A stretch of DNA of 64,000 bases from positions 81,236 through 145,235 of the forward strand of contig JAYGEG010000160.1 in assembly GCA_046582495.1 (NCBI GenBank), in the 5' to 3' direction. Within the stretch, counting starts at the first letter, position 1, and each line of letters begins with the position of its first letter. Below are positions 1 through 8,880 of the stretch, piece by piece. Below the pieces are notes generated by a model, which searched no databases, was not told where the DNA came from, and saw only the letters and a program-made list of their open reading frames with translations. The position numbers were made by a program, and so were the translations under genes. The stretch comes from Rhodospirillales bacterium (GTDB lineage: Bacteria > Pseudomonadota > Alphaproteobacteria > Rhodospirillales > UBA2165).

Positions 1-1
1 A

Positions 2-823
2 ACCAAATATCCACTCCATGTTTTGGATAACTTTACCGTTGAAACTTCGGACGCTCTCAGCCTTACAGAGTTGATCGGCGGTTTGAGTCCAAAATCACTC
101 GAGCAAATGGCAGGCGTCGCACGTCGGCGCGCCGATACACTGCCGTTCGCAGCTCTGGTCCTCAATCGTTTGTTAGAAATAACCCAACCCAAGCAGTTGG
201 TTTTTTCTGGTTATGGGTTGAGAGAAGGGCAGTTCTTCGAAATGCTACCGCCAGAAATGAAAAAGGAAGACCCGCTGATCAGTGCCTGCGAGGGGTTTGC
301 TGTTAGGAGTGGGCGTTTTTCGGTCCACGGTGAGGAAATAGCATCCTGGATGGCGCCGCTTTTTAAAGATGAGACTGAACGCTACCATCGCCTCTGTCAT
401 GCGGCGGCACTACTGAGTGATATTGGCTGGACCGAGCATCCTGATTACCGTGCGCTTCATGCATTCCTTCGTGTTTTGCGCCTGCCGATATCAGGGGTAA
501 CTCACCGCCAGCGCGTCATGCTCGCGCTCGCTGTTTATGTTCGCTACAACGGCAAACGCAAGCAGTATGAAGTTCAACAAGTGCGCGACATTATTAGTGA
601 GAAGGATCAACACCGCGCCAGTGTGATGGGTGTTGCCCTGCGCCTCGCTCATATGTTGTCTGGCGGTGTCCCTGGAATTTTACCGCGCACGACTTTGCAC
701 ATATCAAAAGCAAAATTGAAGTTAAAAGTAGACAAAGCGAGCCGTGTTCTGATTGGCGATGCGGTTGAAAAGCTATTTTATGATTTGGCAGATATACTGG
801 AAATTGAGGGCAGCATAAAATAG
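2..823 (+). CDS. Ppx/GppA-family exopolyphosphatase, C-terminal portion (5' end outside window)
   Basis: The frame is open from the window edge to the stop at 823. The translated tail resembles the helical/HD-like C-terminal region of Ppx/GppA enzymes ('LLSDIGWTEHPDYRALHAF'). Recognised by eye only. Confidence 0.55.
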   Translation, partial: TKYPLHVLDNFTVETSDALSLTELIGGLSPKSLEQMAGVARRRADTLPFAALVLNRLLEITQPKQLVFSGYGLREGQFFEMLPPEMKKEDPLISACEGFAVRSGRFSVHGEEIASWMAPLFKDETERYHRLCHAAALLSDIGWTEHPDYRALHAFLRVLRLPISGVTHRQRVMLALAVYVRYNGKRKQYEVQQVRDIISEKDQHRASVMGVALRLAHMLSGGVPGILPRTTLHISKAKLKLKVDKASRVLIGDAVEKLFYDLADILEIEGSIK

Positions 824-865
824 GCGGATTATATTTCCCCTGTCCCTTAATCGGGGGAGTTGAAA

Positions 866-2026
866 CTATTCGTCTTCGAATTCGACCAGTTCCAGTGTTT
901 GTCCGTTTATAACTAAGGCTAGTTTGCCATCTCTCAGATTGAGAGCGTCCTGGCCAAACAATTGGCGCCGCCATCCTGAGAGCGCCGGCACATCCGCCTT
1001 CTCACCATAGGTAGCGATTTTTTCGATGTGGTCACCATGCGCGATCAGTTTTTGCGCGACCTCTTGCTGCTCACATTTCATTTTCAAAAGAACTTTTAGC
1101 AAATCCGTAACGGGGCCAATTCCGCGTGGAAGATTAGGGCGGCGAGGAACTTCCGGGCATTCATCGTCGGGCAACTCCAAGCCGGATTTTACGGCTTTCA
1201 AGATTTTTTCACCGGCACTGCCTTCGGCCATATTCTTTCCAAGACCACGTGTGCGGGAAAGTTCGCTTACTGATTTTGGCGTGTGATAGGCAATTTCCAC
1301 CAGGGCCTCGTCTCGCAATACACGGTTGCGCGGTACGTCACGTTTCTGTGCTTCTGTTTCGCGCCATGCCGTGACTTCTCGTAATACAGCTAAGAAGCGC
1401 GGTTTCGGTGCGCGCGCTTTAACCCGGCGCCAAGCTTCTCTCGGCGGGAATTTATAAATTTTTTCGTCTATGAGTTTGGCCAGTTCTTCTTCCTGCCATT
1501 CATGGCGGTTGCTGGCGGCAAGTTTAGCTTCTAAGGCCTCATAGATGGGACGCAAATGAATGACATCGTCGAGCGCATACTTAACTTGCTTGTCTGTCAA
1601 AGGGCGCTGAGACCAATCAGTAAAACGAGAAGATTTATCAACTTGTGCGCCGACCAATTTATTGACAAGCGTTTCGTAGCCGACAGATTCGCCAAATCCG
1701 CAGACCATCGCGGCAACTTGAGTGTCAAAAAGCGGAGCGGGTAAACTGCCCATCAGTTTGTAGAAGATTTCGAGGTCTTGGCGTGCCGCATGAAAAACTT
1801 TGAGGACGCTTTTATTCGCCATTAAATCGAGCATGGGCGTGAGGTCCAGACCTTCTGCCAAGGCATCGACGGCCAAGGCCTCATCGTCACTGGCCAATTG
1901 CACCAAACACAATTGCGGCCAATAGGTTTTCTCACGCATGAACTCCGTATCGACTGTGACGTAGGTCGATTTTGAAAGGCGATCACAGAATTCTGCTAGG
2001 GATTTGGTATCGGTAATAATGGACAT
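866..2026 (-). CDS. rnd: Ribonuclease D
   Basis: DEDD exonuclease motifs are present ('VTVDTEF', 'HAARQDLE', 'YALDDVIHL'), followed by an HRDC-like C-terminus. I chose the start at 'MSIITDTK' (ATG 2026) over the 6-codon longer ORF because it matches typical RNase D N-termini. Confidence 0.9.
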   Translation of the reverse strand: MSIITDTKSLAEFCDRLSKSTYVTVDTEFMREKTYWPQLCLVQLASDDEALAVDALAEGLDLTPMLDLMANKSVLKVFHAARQDLEIFYKLMGSLPAPLFDTQVAAMVCGFGESVGYETLVNKLVGAQVDKSSRFTDWSQRPLTDKQVKYALDDVIHLRPIYEALEAKLAASNRHEWQEEELAKLIDEKIYKFPPREAWRRVKARAPKPRFLAVLREVTAWRETEAQKRDVPRNRVLRDEALVEIAYHTPKSVSELSRTRGLGKNMAEGSAGEKILKAVKSGLELPDDECPEVPRRPNLPRGIGPVTDLLKVLLKMKCEQQEVAQKLIAHGDHIEKIATYGEKADVPALSGWRRQLFGQDALNLRDGKLALVINGQTLELVEFEDE

Positions 2027-2273
2027 GGTCGCTGTCTTACACATTTTTTTCAGGAAGCTAAAGCATTGTGATTAACAACACCTCTCAAATCTTTTTTTAT
2101 GTCGTTGTATCTCGGTCATGTCTATTTTTTCGGAAATCGTTACATTCCTGCCGGATTTAATCATGGGGCCTGCCCTCCAAGGATGATTGGCCATTATAGC
2201 GCGGTCTTTATGCGCTTTATTTTTGGCAGATTTCTGTTCAAAATAGGTATTAGGTGAGTGTCCGGTTGAATTG

Positions 2274-2326
2274 TCGAAACTATTAACGTTACACTAGGTG
2301 TAATGTTTCGATATTCAATATTGAAT
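2274..2326. promoter_or_regulatory. Composite palindromes upstream of the TRAP operon (candidate operator)
   Basis: An imperfect palindrome tcgaaac..ttacac-tag-gtgtaa-t-gtttcga spans 2274-2311. It is followed directly by a perfect 14-bp palindrome attcaatattgaat (2313-2326). The block lies 95-147 nt upstream of the ATG at 2421. Confidence 0.35.
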
Positions 2327-2420
2327 TCAGATTTTTATTCCGTTACACCAATGAGGTACGGGGTATTTCAAATAGCTAACAACCAGTATTTGTTGGCTGA
2401 TCAACAGGGAGAACTATAAA

Positions 2421-3449
2421 ATGACTACTCGAATTTTAAATGTTGCCTTAGCTGCCGCTGTTGGCGGAGCAGCCGTTTTTGGAGGTGCTCTTTCCATCGC
2501 ACCTGCCAAAGCTGAAACTGAATTACTATTCAATCGCTTTTTGCCTGCAAAACATCCATTCAATGTCGGTATGTTTATTCCTTGGGCCAAAGACGTCGCG
2601 CGCGTCACTAATGGAAGCGTCAAAGTAAAATTCACTGAAAAATCTTTGGCGCCACCACCGAAGCAGTGGAACATGGTTTCCAAAGGCATAGCTGATGTTG
2701 CAATGCTGGCCAATAACTTCGAATCTGGTCGTTTAAAGTTGCCAAATATCGCCCAGGTGCCGTTTGGTGCATCTTCGGCAGAAAAACGTGGTCTGGCGAT
2801 GTGGCGGACTCACGTTAAATACCTAGCCAAAGCCAACGAATACAAAGGCATGAAAGTTTTGGGTCAGTGGTCGATTTCTGCCGCGAGTTTCTTGGCAGAC
2901 AAACCGATCTTAAAGATGGGTGATCTCAAGAACTATAAGATGTGGGCGATTAACGGCCTTCCTAACAAAATGATGAAAAATATGGGTGCTGTTGTTGTTT
3001 CTGTTCCGGGCGTTCAAATGTTTAACGTTGTCTCAAAAGGTATCGTTAAAGGCTCAGTCACCTCTCATTATACGCTGATGGTGTTTAAGTTGATGCCGTA
3101 TATCAAGCATGTCACCACCATTCCAGGTGGTTTCCAATCGAACAACTTTTCATTGCTCTTTAGTGAGAAAAAATGGAATGGCTTGTCAGCTTCTGAAAAG
3201 AAAGCGATTACCGGTATTTCCGGCGACACGGTCGCCATAAACGCTGGTAAACGTGTTGATTTCTTAGACAAAAAAGCACGCGGAATGGCGATGAAAAAGG
3301 GTATTAAATTCCATACAGCAAGCCCTGAATTCGTTACGGCAATTCGCAAAAAATCTCAATTCTTGGTTGATGGTTGGCTGAAGGAAGCTGCGGCCAAAGG
3401 CGTTGATGGCAAAGCTGCGCTCGCTTACTTCAAGTCACAGTCCAAGTAG
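2421..3449 (+). CDS. TRAP transporter substrate-binding protein (DctP family)
   Basis: It has an N-terminal signal peptide, the size and sequence character of DctP-type SBPs, and DctQ/DctM-type genes immediately downstream. SD 'agggaga' lies upstream. Confidence 0.85.
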   Translation: MTTRILNVALAAAVGGAAVFGGALSIAPAKAETELLFNRFLPAKHPFNVGMFIPWAKDVARVTNGSVKVKFTEKSLAPPPKQWNMVSKGIADVAMLANNFESGRLKLPNIAQVPFGASSAEKRGLAMWRTHVKYLAKANEYKGMKVLGQWSISAASFLADKPILKMGDLKNYKMWAINGLPNKMMKNMGAVVVSVPGVQMFNVVSKGIVKGSVTSHYTLMVFKLMPYIKHVTTIPGGFQSNNFSLLFSEKKWNGLSASEKKAITGISGDTVAINAGKRVDFLDKKARGMAMKKGIKFHTASPEFVTAIRKKSQFLVDGWLKEAAAKGVDGKAALAYFKSQSK

Positions 3450-3458
3450 AAAAAATTC

Positions 3459-4025
3459 ATGTCTGAACTTGGCTTGCCGGGCACCGATGACGGTGCCCGG
3501 CAATCCAATTGGCTATTTACTGCGCTAAAACTCATCACAGCGGTGACGATCTTTGCGATGGCTTTGTTAACCTTTGCTGATGTGTTGGGGCGTTATGTGT
3601 TCAGCGCACCGATCCAAGGAACCTTCGAAATTGTTGGTTTGTTGTTGGGCGTTGTAACTTTTTCCGCTTTGCCGTTGGTCACGTATTCGCGCACCCACAT
3701 TACGGTCGATCTTTTTGACAGTTTTATTCGTGGTAAATTTCGGTGGGTACAGCAATTCGCGACTTTATTGGGAAGTGCTTGCGTAATTGCTTTTTTGGCG
3801 GAACGGCTCATTGCGGCGGGAATTGACGAAACTGAAGCAAAATTCGTCACCGAAGATTTGGGACTATCCAGAGCACCGTTGCTCTACGGATTGTCTGGAT
3901 TATCAATGATCACCGTGGCCCTTCTCCTCCTCATGATGTGGCAAATGGCGACAGGGCGCCTCGAGGTAAAACAGCCAGACATTGATCTATATAAAGTTGA
4001 TCCAGATGAACATCCGGCCCTCTAA
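3459..4025 (+). CDS. TRAP transporter small permease (DctQ family)
   Basis: A 188-aa protein with four hydrophobic segments, positioned between the SBP and the large permease with 9-nt and 22-nt gaps. Confidence 0.75.
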   Translation: MSELGLPGTDDGARQSNWLFTALKLITAVTIFAMALLTFADVLGRYVFSAPIQGTFEIVGLLLGVVTFSALPLVTYSRTHITVDLFDSFIRGKFRWVQQFATLLGSACVIAFLAERLIAAGIDETEAKFVTEDLGLSRAPLLYGLSGLSMITVALLLLMMWQMATGRLEVKQPDIDLYKVDPDEHPAL

Positions 4026-4047
4026 TAAATTAAATGAATTTTAAATT

Positions 4048-5349
4048 ATGACAATTTCCTTAATCGGCTTTGCAATTCTGTTTTTAATCGCCTTCCTCGG
4101 CTTTCCGCTTGGCTTCACTATGCTGGCGGTGGGAGGGATCGGCTTTGGCATTTTACGGGGGACGGGTCCCGCCCTCGAAATGGTCATACAGCAGACTATG
4201 GACGTCGTGCTCAACACAAATTTCGCGGTCTTGCCGATGTTTCTCCTGATGGGTACTTTTGTTTATCGGGCGGCCCTTTCTGATGATTTGTATGAGGCTG
4301 CGGACGCCTGGCTTGGGCATCACCGGGGCGGGCTTGCGATGGCGACGGTGGCTGCTTGCGGTGGCTTTGCCGCTGTGTCCGGATCGTCACTGGCCACAGT
4401 TGCGACGATGGCCAAGGTCGCGATACCTGCCATGCGCAAATACAAATATGCCGATAGCTTGGCTGCTGGAACCGTGGCGGCAGGTGGCACGCTTGGCATT
4501 TTAATCCCGCCGTCAGCCGCGCTGATTATCTATGGCATCTTGACGGAAGAGGGGATTGCGGAACTTTTTGTCGCCGGCATCATTCCGGGCATTATTTCTA
4601 TTATTCTCTATATCGCCGTCATAAGGATTGTTACGCATTTTAAGCCTGAAATGGGCCCGCGCGGTAAGCGTTCAAGTTGGAAAGTCCGGTTTGAGAAACT
4701 GTATCGAGTGTGGGGTATTTTACTGCTGTTTTTCCTCATCCTCGGCGGTATTACCTTCGGTGTGTTTACGCCAAATGAGGCCGGTGGTATTGGCGCTATT
4801 GGCGCATTGCTGTTTGCCATGCTGCGTAAAAAAATGTCCTGGCAGATATTATTTGAGTCTCTTGTTGAGGCAGCGCAGACCACAGCAATGGTGTTTATGA
4901 TCGCAATCGGTGCCTTGATACTCAATAATTTCATCGCCCTCGCCGGTATTTCCTCCGGCGCAATCAAATGGATCGAATCCTATAATCTGGCACCAATGCA
5001 TGTGTTGCTGATCATCTTGGCCTTTTTAGTGGTCCTCGGCACCGTGGTTGAGGGTTTGGCCATGATTTTCCTCACTGTGCCGATTTTTGTGCCGGTCGTC
5101 GAAGGCTTGGGATTTGATTTAATTTGGTTTGGTATTGTTTTGGTGATGATGGTTGAGATCAGTCTTATCACGCCGCCGATAGGGCTAAACGTGTTTGTCA
5201 TGAAGTCGATGATGCCGGACGTGCCGCTCGGTACGATTTTTAAAGGAATTGGACCCTTCTTTGTGGCAGATATGTTTCGCATTACGATTGTTGTCGCCTT
5301 CCCAGCCGTGGTGCTGTGGCTACCGAGATTGGTGTACGGGCCAGGATAA
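4048..5349 (+). CDS. TRAP transporter large permease (DctM family)
   Basis: A 433-aa polytopic membrane protein with typical DctM-like sequence ('GSSLATVATMAKVAIPAM', 'ITPPIGLNVFV'). Confidence 0.9.
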   Translation: MTISLIGFAILFLIAFLGFPLGFTMLAVGGIGFGILRGTGPALEMVIQQTMDVVLNTNFAVLPMFLLMGTFVYRAALSDDLYEAADAWLGHHRGGLAMATVAACGGFAAVSGSSLATVATMAKVAIPAMRKYKYADSLAAGTVAAGGTLGILIPPSAALIIYGILTEEGIAELFVAGIIPGIISIILYIAVIRIVTHFKPEMGPRGKRSSWKVRFEKLYRVWGILLLFFLILGGITFGVFTPNEAGGIGAIGALLFAMLRKKMSWQILFESLVEAAQTTAMVFMIAIGALILNNFIALAGISSGAIKWIESYNLAPMHVLLIILAFLVVLGTVVEGLAMIFLTVPIFVPVVEGLGFDLIWFGIVLVMMVEISLITPPIGLNVFVMKSMMPDVPLGTIFKGIGPFFVADMFRITIVVAFPAVVLWLPRLVYGPG

Positions 5350-5371
5350 CGTGGCCGATAGATACTTCGGT

Positions 5372-6178
5372 TTATTGTTGCGCATATCGAAGCTCACATC
5401 GATTTGCCGCTTGTTTTAGATCATCCAAATAAAATGCCATAAACTCGTCCTCACTGTGCGCGGCGCGGCGCCAGACAATGCTGATACAGCCGAGCACAAT
5501 TGCTTCGTTCATGATCGGCATGGCAATTGCCGATAATTCATCGTCGAAGCCAAATTCATTGGCCTCGCCTCCGGTAAAGCCGACGTCGCGAGGGGCCACT
5601 CCATTTTCTCTAATTTTTTCAAGGTCGGACTCTAATTCCTCAAAATCTTTAACCTGCATATGATAGGGGTTTTTTGAGGCCTTAATTTTCTTGAATAAAT
5701 TCTTTCTTATTTTGTCTGAGCAAAACGCAAGATACGCCCTGCCGACGGCGCTTTTGGTCATGTTAACTTGCAAGCCAATGGGGTCTATTTTGAGGCGATA
5801 GGGACTGGACGCACGGCTGGTTTCAATGAGCTTCATCATGTCGCCGCCAGATTGGTCGAGCATAAACAAATCCGATGGCCATTTTATCTTTTGCCGCAGA
5901 TTTTCTAGAACCGGCGCGGCTGCTTCACTCACTCTATCTTGAAAATTCAATTTATTGCTGAGTGTCCGCAAGCCAATCGTATTGCGATATTTAGAATCAC
6001 TGATGCCTTGCCTCACCATGCCGGTTTCGGCGAGTGTTTTCAGAATGCGCAATAATGTTGGTTTTGATAACTCAGTTTCGAGGTGTATCTCGTGCAGACT
6101 GGCTGGGCCCATGTCATGCAAGGATTTGAGAACATTTATGCCGCGCTCTAAGGAGCGGATGGATTTGACATTTGCCAT
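5372..6178 (-). CDS. IclR-family transcriptional regulator
   Basis: An N-terminal wHTH ('SLERGINVLKSL...SLHEIHLETELSKPTLLRILKTL') plus an IclR effector-domain-like C-terminus. It is convergent with the TRAP operon. Confidence 0.8.
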   Translation of the reverse strand: MANVKSIRSLERGINVLKSLHDMGPASLHEIHLETELSKPTLLRILKTLAETGMVRQGISDSKYRNTIGLRTLSNKLNFQDRVSEAAAPVLENLRQKIKWPSDLFMLDQSGGDMMKLIETSRASSPYRLKIDPIGLQVNMTKSAVGRAYLAFCSDKIRKNLFKKIKASKNPYHMQVKDFEELESDLEKIRENGVAPRDVGFTGGEANEFGFDDELSAIAMPIMNEAIVLGCISIVWRRAAHSEDEFMAFYLDDLKQAANRCELRYAQQ

Positions 6179-6254
6179 AGGGAAAGTGGCCTCGCTAACC
6201 GTTTCACCCAGTGTAATATGACTGGACGGACATTGTCACTCGGATCAGTTGGAA

Positions 6255-6998
6255 TTAGGAAAGTTTCATTGCCTCGATCTTGACCGAATGGACATAGGAA
6301 AAAGGCCGGTGGTCGGAAAGGGTGACATTTTTGAAACCGGCTTTTTCTATTTCAGAGATCAAAGCATCTTCTTCGAGCGCTCCGCCGAGAGACGTATTAT
6401 AGGAAAGTGGATCGGACAGAACTTCGGCGGGCAGGTCTTCGGTCTTGATCAAATCGCGCGCCACCAACTTTCCATTCGATTTCACCACCCGAAATGCCTC
6501 GGCAAATGCTTTCTCCTTGCTGATTGCCAAATTGAACGACGCATTGGCGATGATGATATCTGCGCAAGCGTCAGCTAGGGGCAAATATTCAATATCCCCG
6601 CAAATATTAATTAACAACTGTTGATAATTAATTTTGGGGAGCATCTCGAACGTCATATCAACAGAAATTACGGTGCCGCGGGGCAGGCGGGTCGAGGCGA
6701 TGTAGCTATCAACACCTGCGCCAGAGCCGAGATCAACAACAGTTTCGTCGCCGCTAAATTCAAGGCCCTCAAAAAGATAGCCGCAACCCGAATAGCCCTC
6801 AATGAGAGCAGGCGGCAGAGACTCAATCAGGTCAGAAGGATAGCCATGCTCAATCGCCTTCGCCGCCCCATTTTCACCGCTCTGGTTCGCATAGCGTCGC
6901 CTAATCTGCGCCTTGACCTGCTGTTCCCACGTTTCCGTCATGTGCTCAGGATAAAGAAAAAGGGGCGTCTCACAAGAGCGCGCCCCTTCAATTTTCAT
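6255..6998 (-). CDS. Class I SAM-dependent methyltransferase (ArsM-like fold)
   Basis: SAM motif I 'VVDLGSGAGVD' is present and the N-terminal region resembles ArsM. The 'SNC' catalytic Cys position reads 'ANASFNL' here, so I do not call it an arsenite methyltransferase. The start is uncertain (alternative ATG at 6941). Confidence 0.65.
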   Translation of the reverse strand: MKIEGARSCETPLFLYPEHMTETWEQQVKAQIRRRYANQSGENGAAKAIEHGYPSDLIESLPPALIEGYSGCGYLFEGLEFSGDETVVDLGSGAGVDSYIASTRLPRGTVISVDMTFEMLPKINYQQLLINICGDIEYLPLADACADIIIANASFNLAISKEKAFAEAFRVVKSNGKLVARDLIKTEDLPAEVLSDPLSYNTSLGGALEEDALISEIEKAGFKNVTLSDHRPFSYVHSVKIEAMKLS

Positions 6999-7010
6999 TA
7001 TATACCGAAA

Positions 7011-7787
7011 TTAGTGCGGCATATGATCTGGGTTCCAGAAGGTGCCGGAGCGGATCATGCCGGCGATACGTTCGCCATGTTCAATCCAGCTGTTTTCGTT
7101 GAGTTTCGCTTGCTCTTCGGTATCAACTTCGACGCGCTCAACGCGGCAATCCCATTTGCCGTCGCCCAAATATTCAACAACTGCATAGGATGGACGCGGA
7201 TCGCCATCCCAGCTCATGCCGACAGCCGCCGCACAAACCAATTTGTTTACTCTGTCACCATTTTTGATGTTGCGGACGGACGGGCCATGAATATGACCAT
7301 GCGCCATAACGTCATAATCGTGATCGAGGAGTTTCTCGGCGATTTCGTCATCGGTGAGGCGGAACGGAAATGCATCTGCATCACCAATGTCATACGGTGT
7401 GGCGTGGAAGACATGGAAATCGTGGCCCATATCGGGTGTGTAGGTATTCGAGAACGGACGTTTGTCGAGCCAATCGAGTTGTTCGGTGCTCAAACGTTCG
7501 CGAGTTTGCTCCATCATCCGGAACATCCATTCCTGATGCGGGCTTTTTGGTTTAGCGGTTTCCCAAATTTTGCGGGTGACCCAAAGATCAACATTACCGA
7601 CAATAAGGTCAATTTCGGGACGATCCATCATCCGTTGGACAATTTTTTCGGGTTCAGGTCCGAGGCCGACAAGATCGCCAATGACGATGACTTTGTCGGG
7701 GTTTTCTGCAGCGACACGTTCTTCAACCGCATCCAATTGCGTGACTTGACCGTGAATATCTGAATACAGGCAATATTTAAAGCTCAT
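7011..7787 (-). CDS. Metallophosphoesterase (calcineurin-like)
   Basis: Motifs 'YSDIHG', 'GDLVGLGP', 'GNVD' and 'HGHIH' are present. The start is set at the ATG at 7787, which has 'aaggaaa' upstream. The longer ORF to 7871 has no SD. Confidence 0.75.
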   Translation of the reverse strand: MSFKYCLYSDIHGQVTQLDAVEERVAAENPDKVIVIGDLVGLGPEPEKIVQRMMDRPEIDLIVGNVDLWVTRKIWETAKPKSPHQEWMFRMMEQTRERLSTEQLDWLDKRPFSNTYTPDMGHDFHVFHATPYDIGDADAFPFRLTDDEIAEKLLDHDYDVMAHGHIHGPSVRNIKNGDRVNKLVCAAAVGMSWDGDPRPSYAVVEYLGDGKWDCRVERVEVDTEEQAKLNENSWIEHGERIAGMIRSGTFWNPDHMPH

Positions 7788-8109
7788 GATTTTTTTCCTT
7801 TCTCTCGCCATTTGGAATGGCGCAGATTTTAATTTCATCCCCAGTTTGGATTTAAAATCGCCTGCCCCCAATGCAGGTTGTAATTCGATTTTAATTCTTA
7901 CTGTTGAATTCGATGCCTATCTATACCAAATCCGCCTTAGGTGCCGCAAACTTATTTGTCGAAACTCACGAAAAAACTAACGATAAATCCCTAAAAAAAA
8001 TATTGGATTTATGCACGCCTATATTGGCGAAATGGTTGCGCGCCGGGCTGTCAGGTTGTAAACCCCGGCCATAGAAATTTTTACCAACACAAATAATTGG
8101 GGTAATAAA

Positions 8110-8772
8110 ATGGCCGCACCAGAAAAAGATGAAATTGATTTAGCCGCTCAGGAAACTGTCCGTGAAGCGCACACAAGAACAGCTCCTCTCGACGACAACG
8201 CTTTGGACATGATGTTCAATGCCAATCGCTCGTTCAACGGTTGGAAAGACGATCCGGTGAGCGATGATCAGCTCAAACAAATTTATGATTTGATGAAGCA
8301 ATGCCCAACCAGCGCCAATAGCTGCCCCTTAAGGATTAAGTTTATCCGTTCCGACGAAGCCAAAGAAAAATTGGGCCCTGTCGTGATGGAACGCAACCGT
8401 GCAAAAACGCTGCAAGCACCGGTAACCGCAATTCTCGGATTTGATCACGATTTCTACCAGCATTTTGGCACCCTCACGCCGCATCGCCCCACCGAGATGA
8501 AAGAGCGCATGGAAGCCAATCCCGAGATGGTGCCGTGGTGGGCCAATTTGAACGGTGCTTTGCAGGCTGCCTATTTCATGATGGCTGTTCGTGCCGTCGA
8601 CCTTGATGTGGGGCCGATGCAGGGCGTTGATAAGCCTGGCATGGACGCGCTTTATTGGTCCGGTACCAAGGTCAAAACCGCCTTTATCGTCAGTATCGGT
8701 CGCGGTGACGAAAGCACGATCTTCAAAAAGCTCCCCCGTTTTGAATTTGAAGATATTTGCGAACTGCTTTAG
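8110..8772 (+). CDS. Nitroreductase-family protein (RutE / malonic semialdehyde reductase-like)
   Basis: Its 220-aa length and overall sequence character match the RutE-like nitroreductase subfamily ('RSFNGWKDDPVSDDQLKQIYDLMKQCPTSANSCPLRI'). Confidence 0.7.
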   Translation: MAAPEKDEIDLAAQETVREAHTRTAPLDDNALDMMFNANRSFNGWKDDPVSDDQLKQIYDLMKQCPTSANSCPLRIKFIRSDEAKEKLGPVVMERNRAKTLQAPVTAILGFDHDFYQHFGTLTPHRPTEMKERMEANPEMVPWWANLNGALQAAYFMMAVRAVDLDVGPMQGVDKPGMDALYWSGTKVKTAFIVSIGRGDESTIFKKLPRFEFEDICELL

Positions 8773-8817
8773 ACACCTAAATCACTTGTAAATATGGCGA
8801 AAATCTATAAAACCAGC

Positions 8818-8854
8818 GCGGCGTGAGGGTAAACTCGCGCCGCTTTTCTTTTTT
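8818..8854 (+). terminator. Rho-independent terminator after the nitroreductase gene
   Basis: The stem gcggcgtg (8818-8825) pairs with cgcgccgc (8836-8843), with one G-U pair. It has a 10-nt loop and is followed by ttttctttttt. Confidence 0.7.
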
Positions 8855-8880
8855 GGCACTTTTCTTGAAAAATTGATGAT

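Noticed and set aside
6621-7763. A 380-aa plus-strand ORF spanning two minus-strand genes
   Set aside because: It is antisense to a methyltransferase and a metallophosphoesterase, both of which carry clear family motifs. Its translation is Arg/Ile/Phe-rich with no recognisable motif and no SD. It is a shadow ORF.
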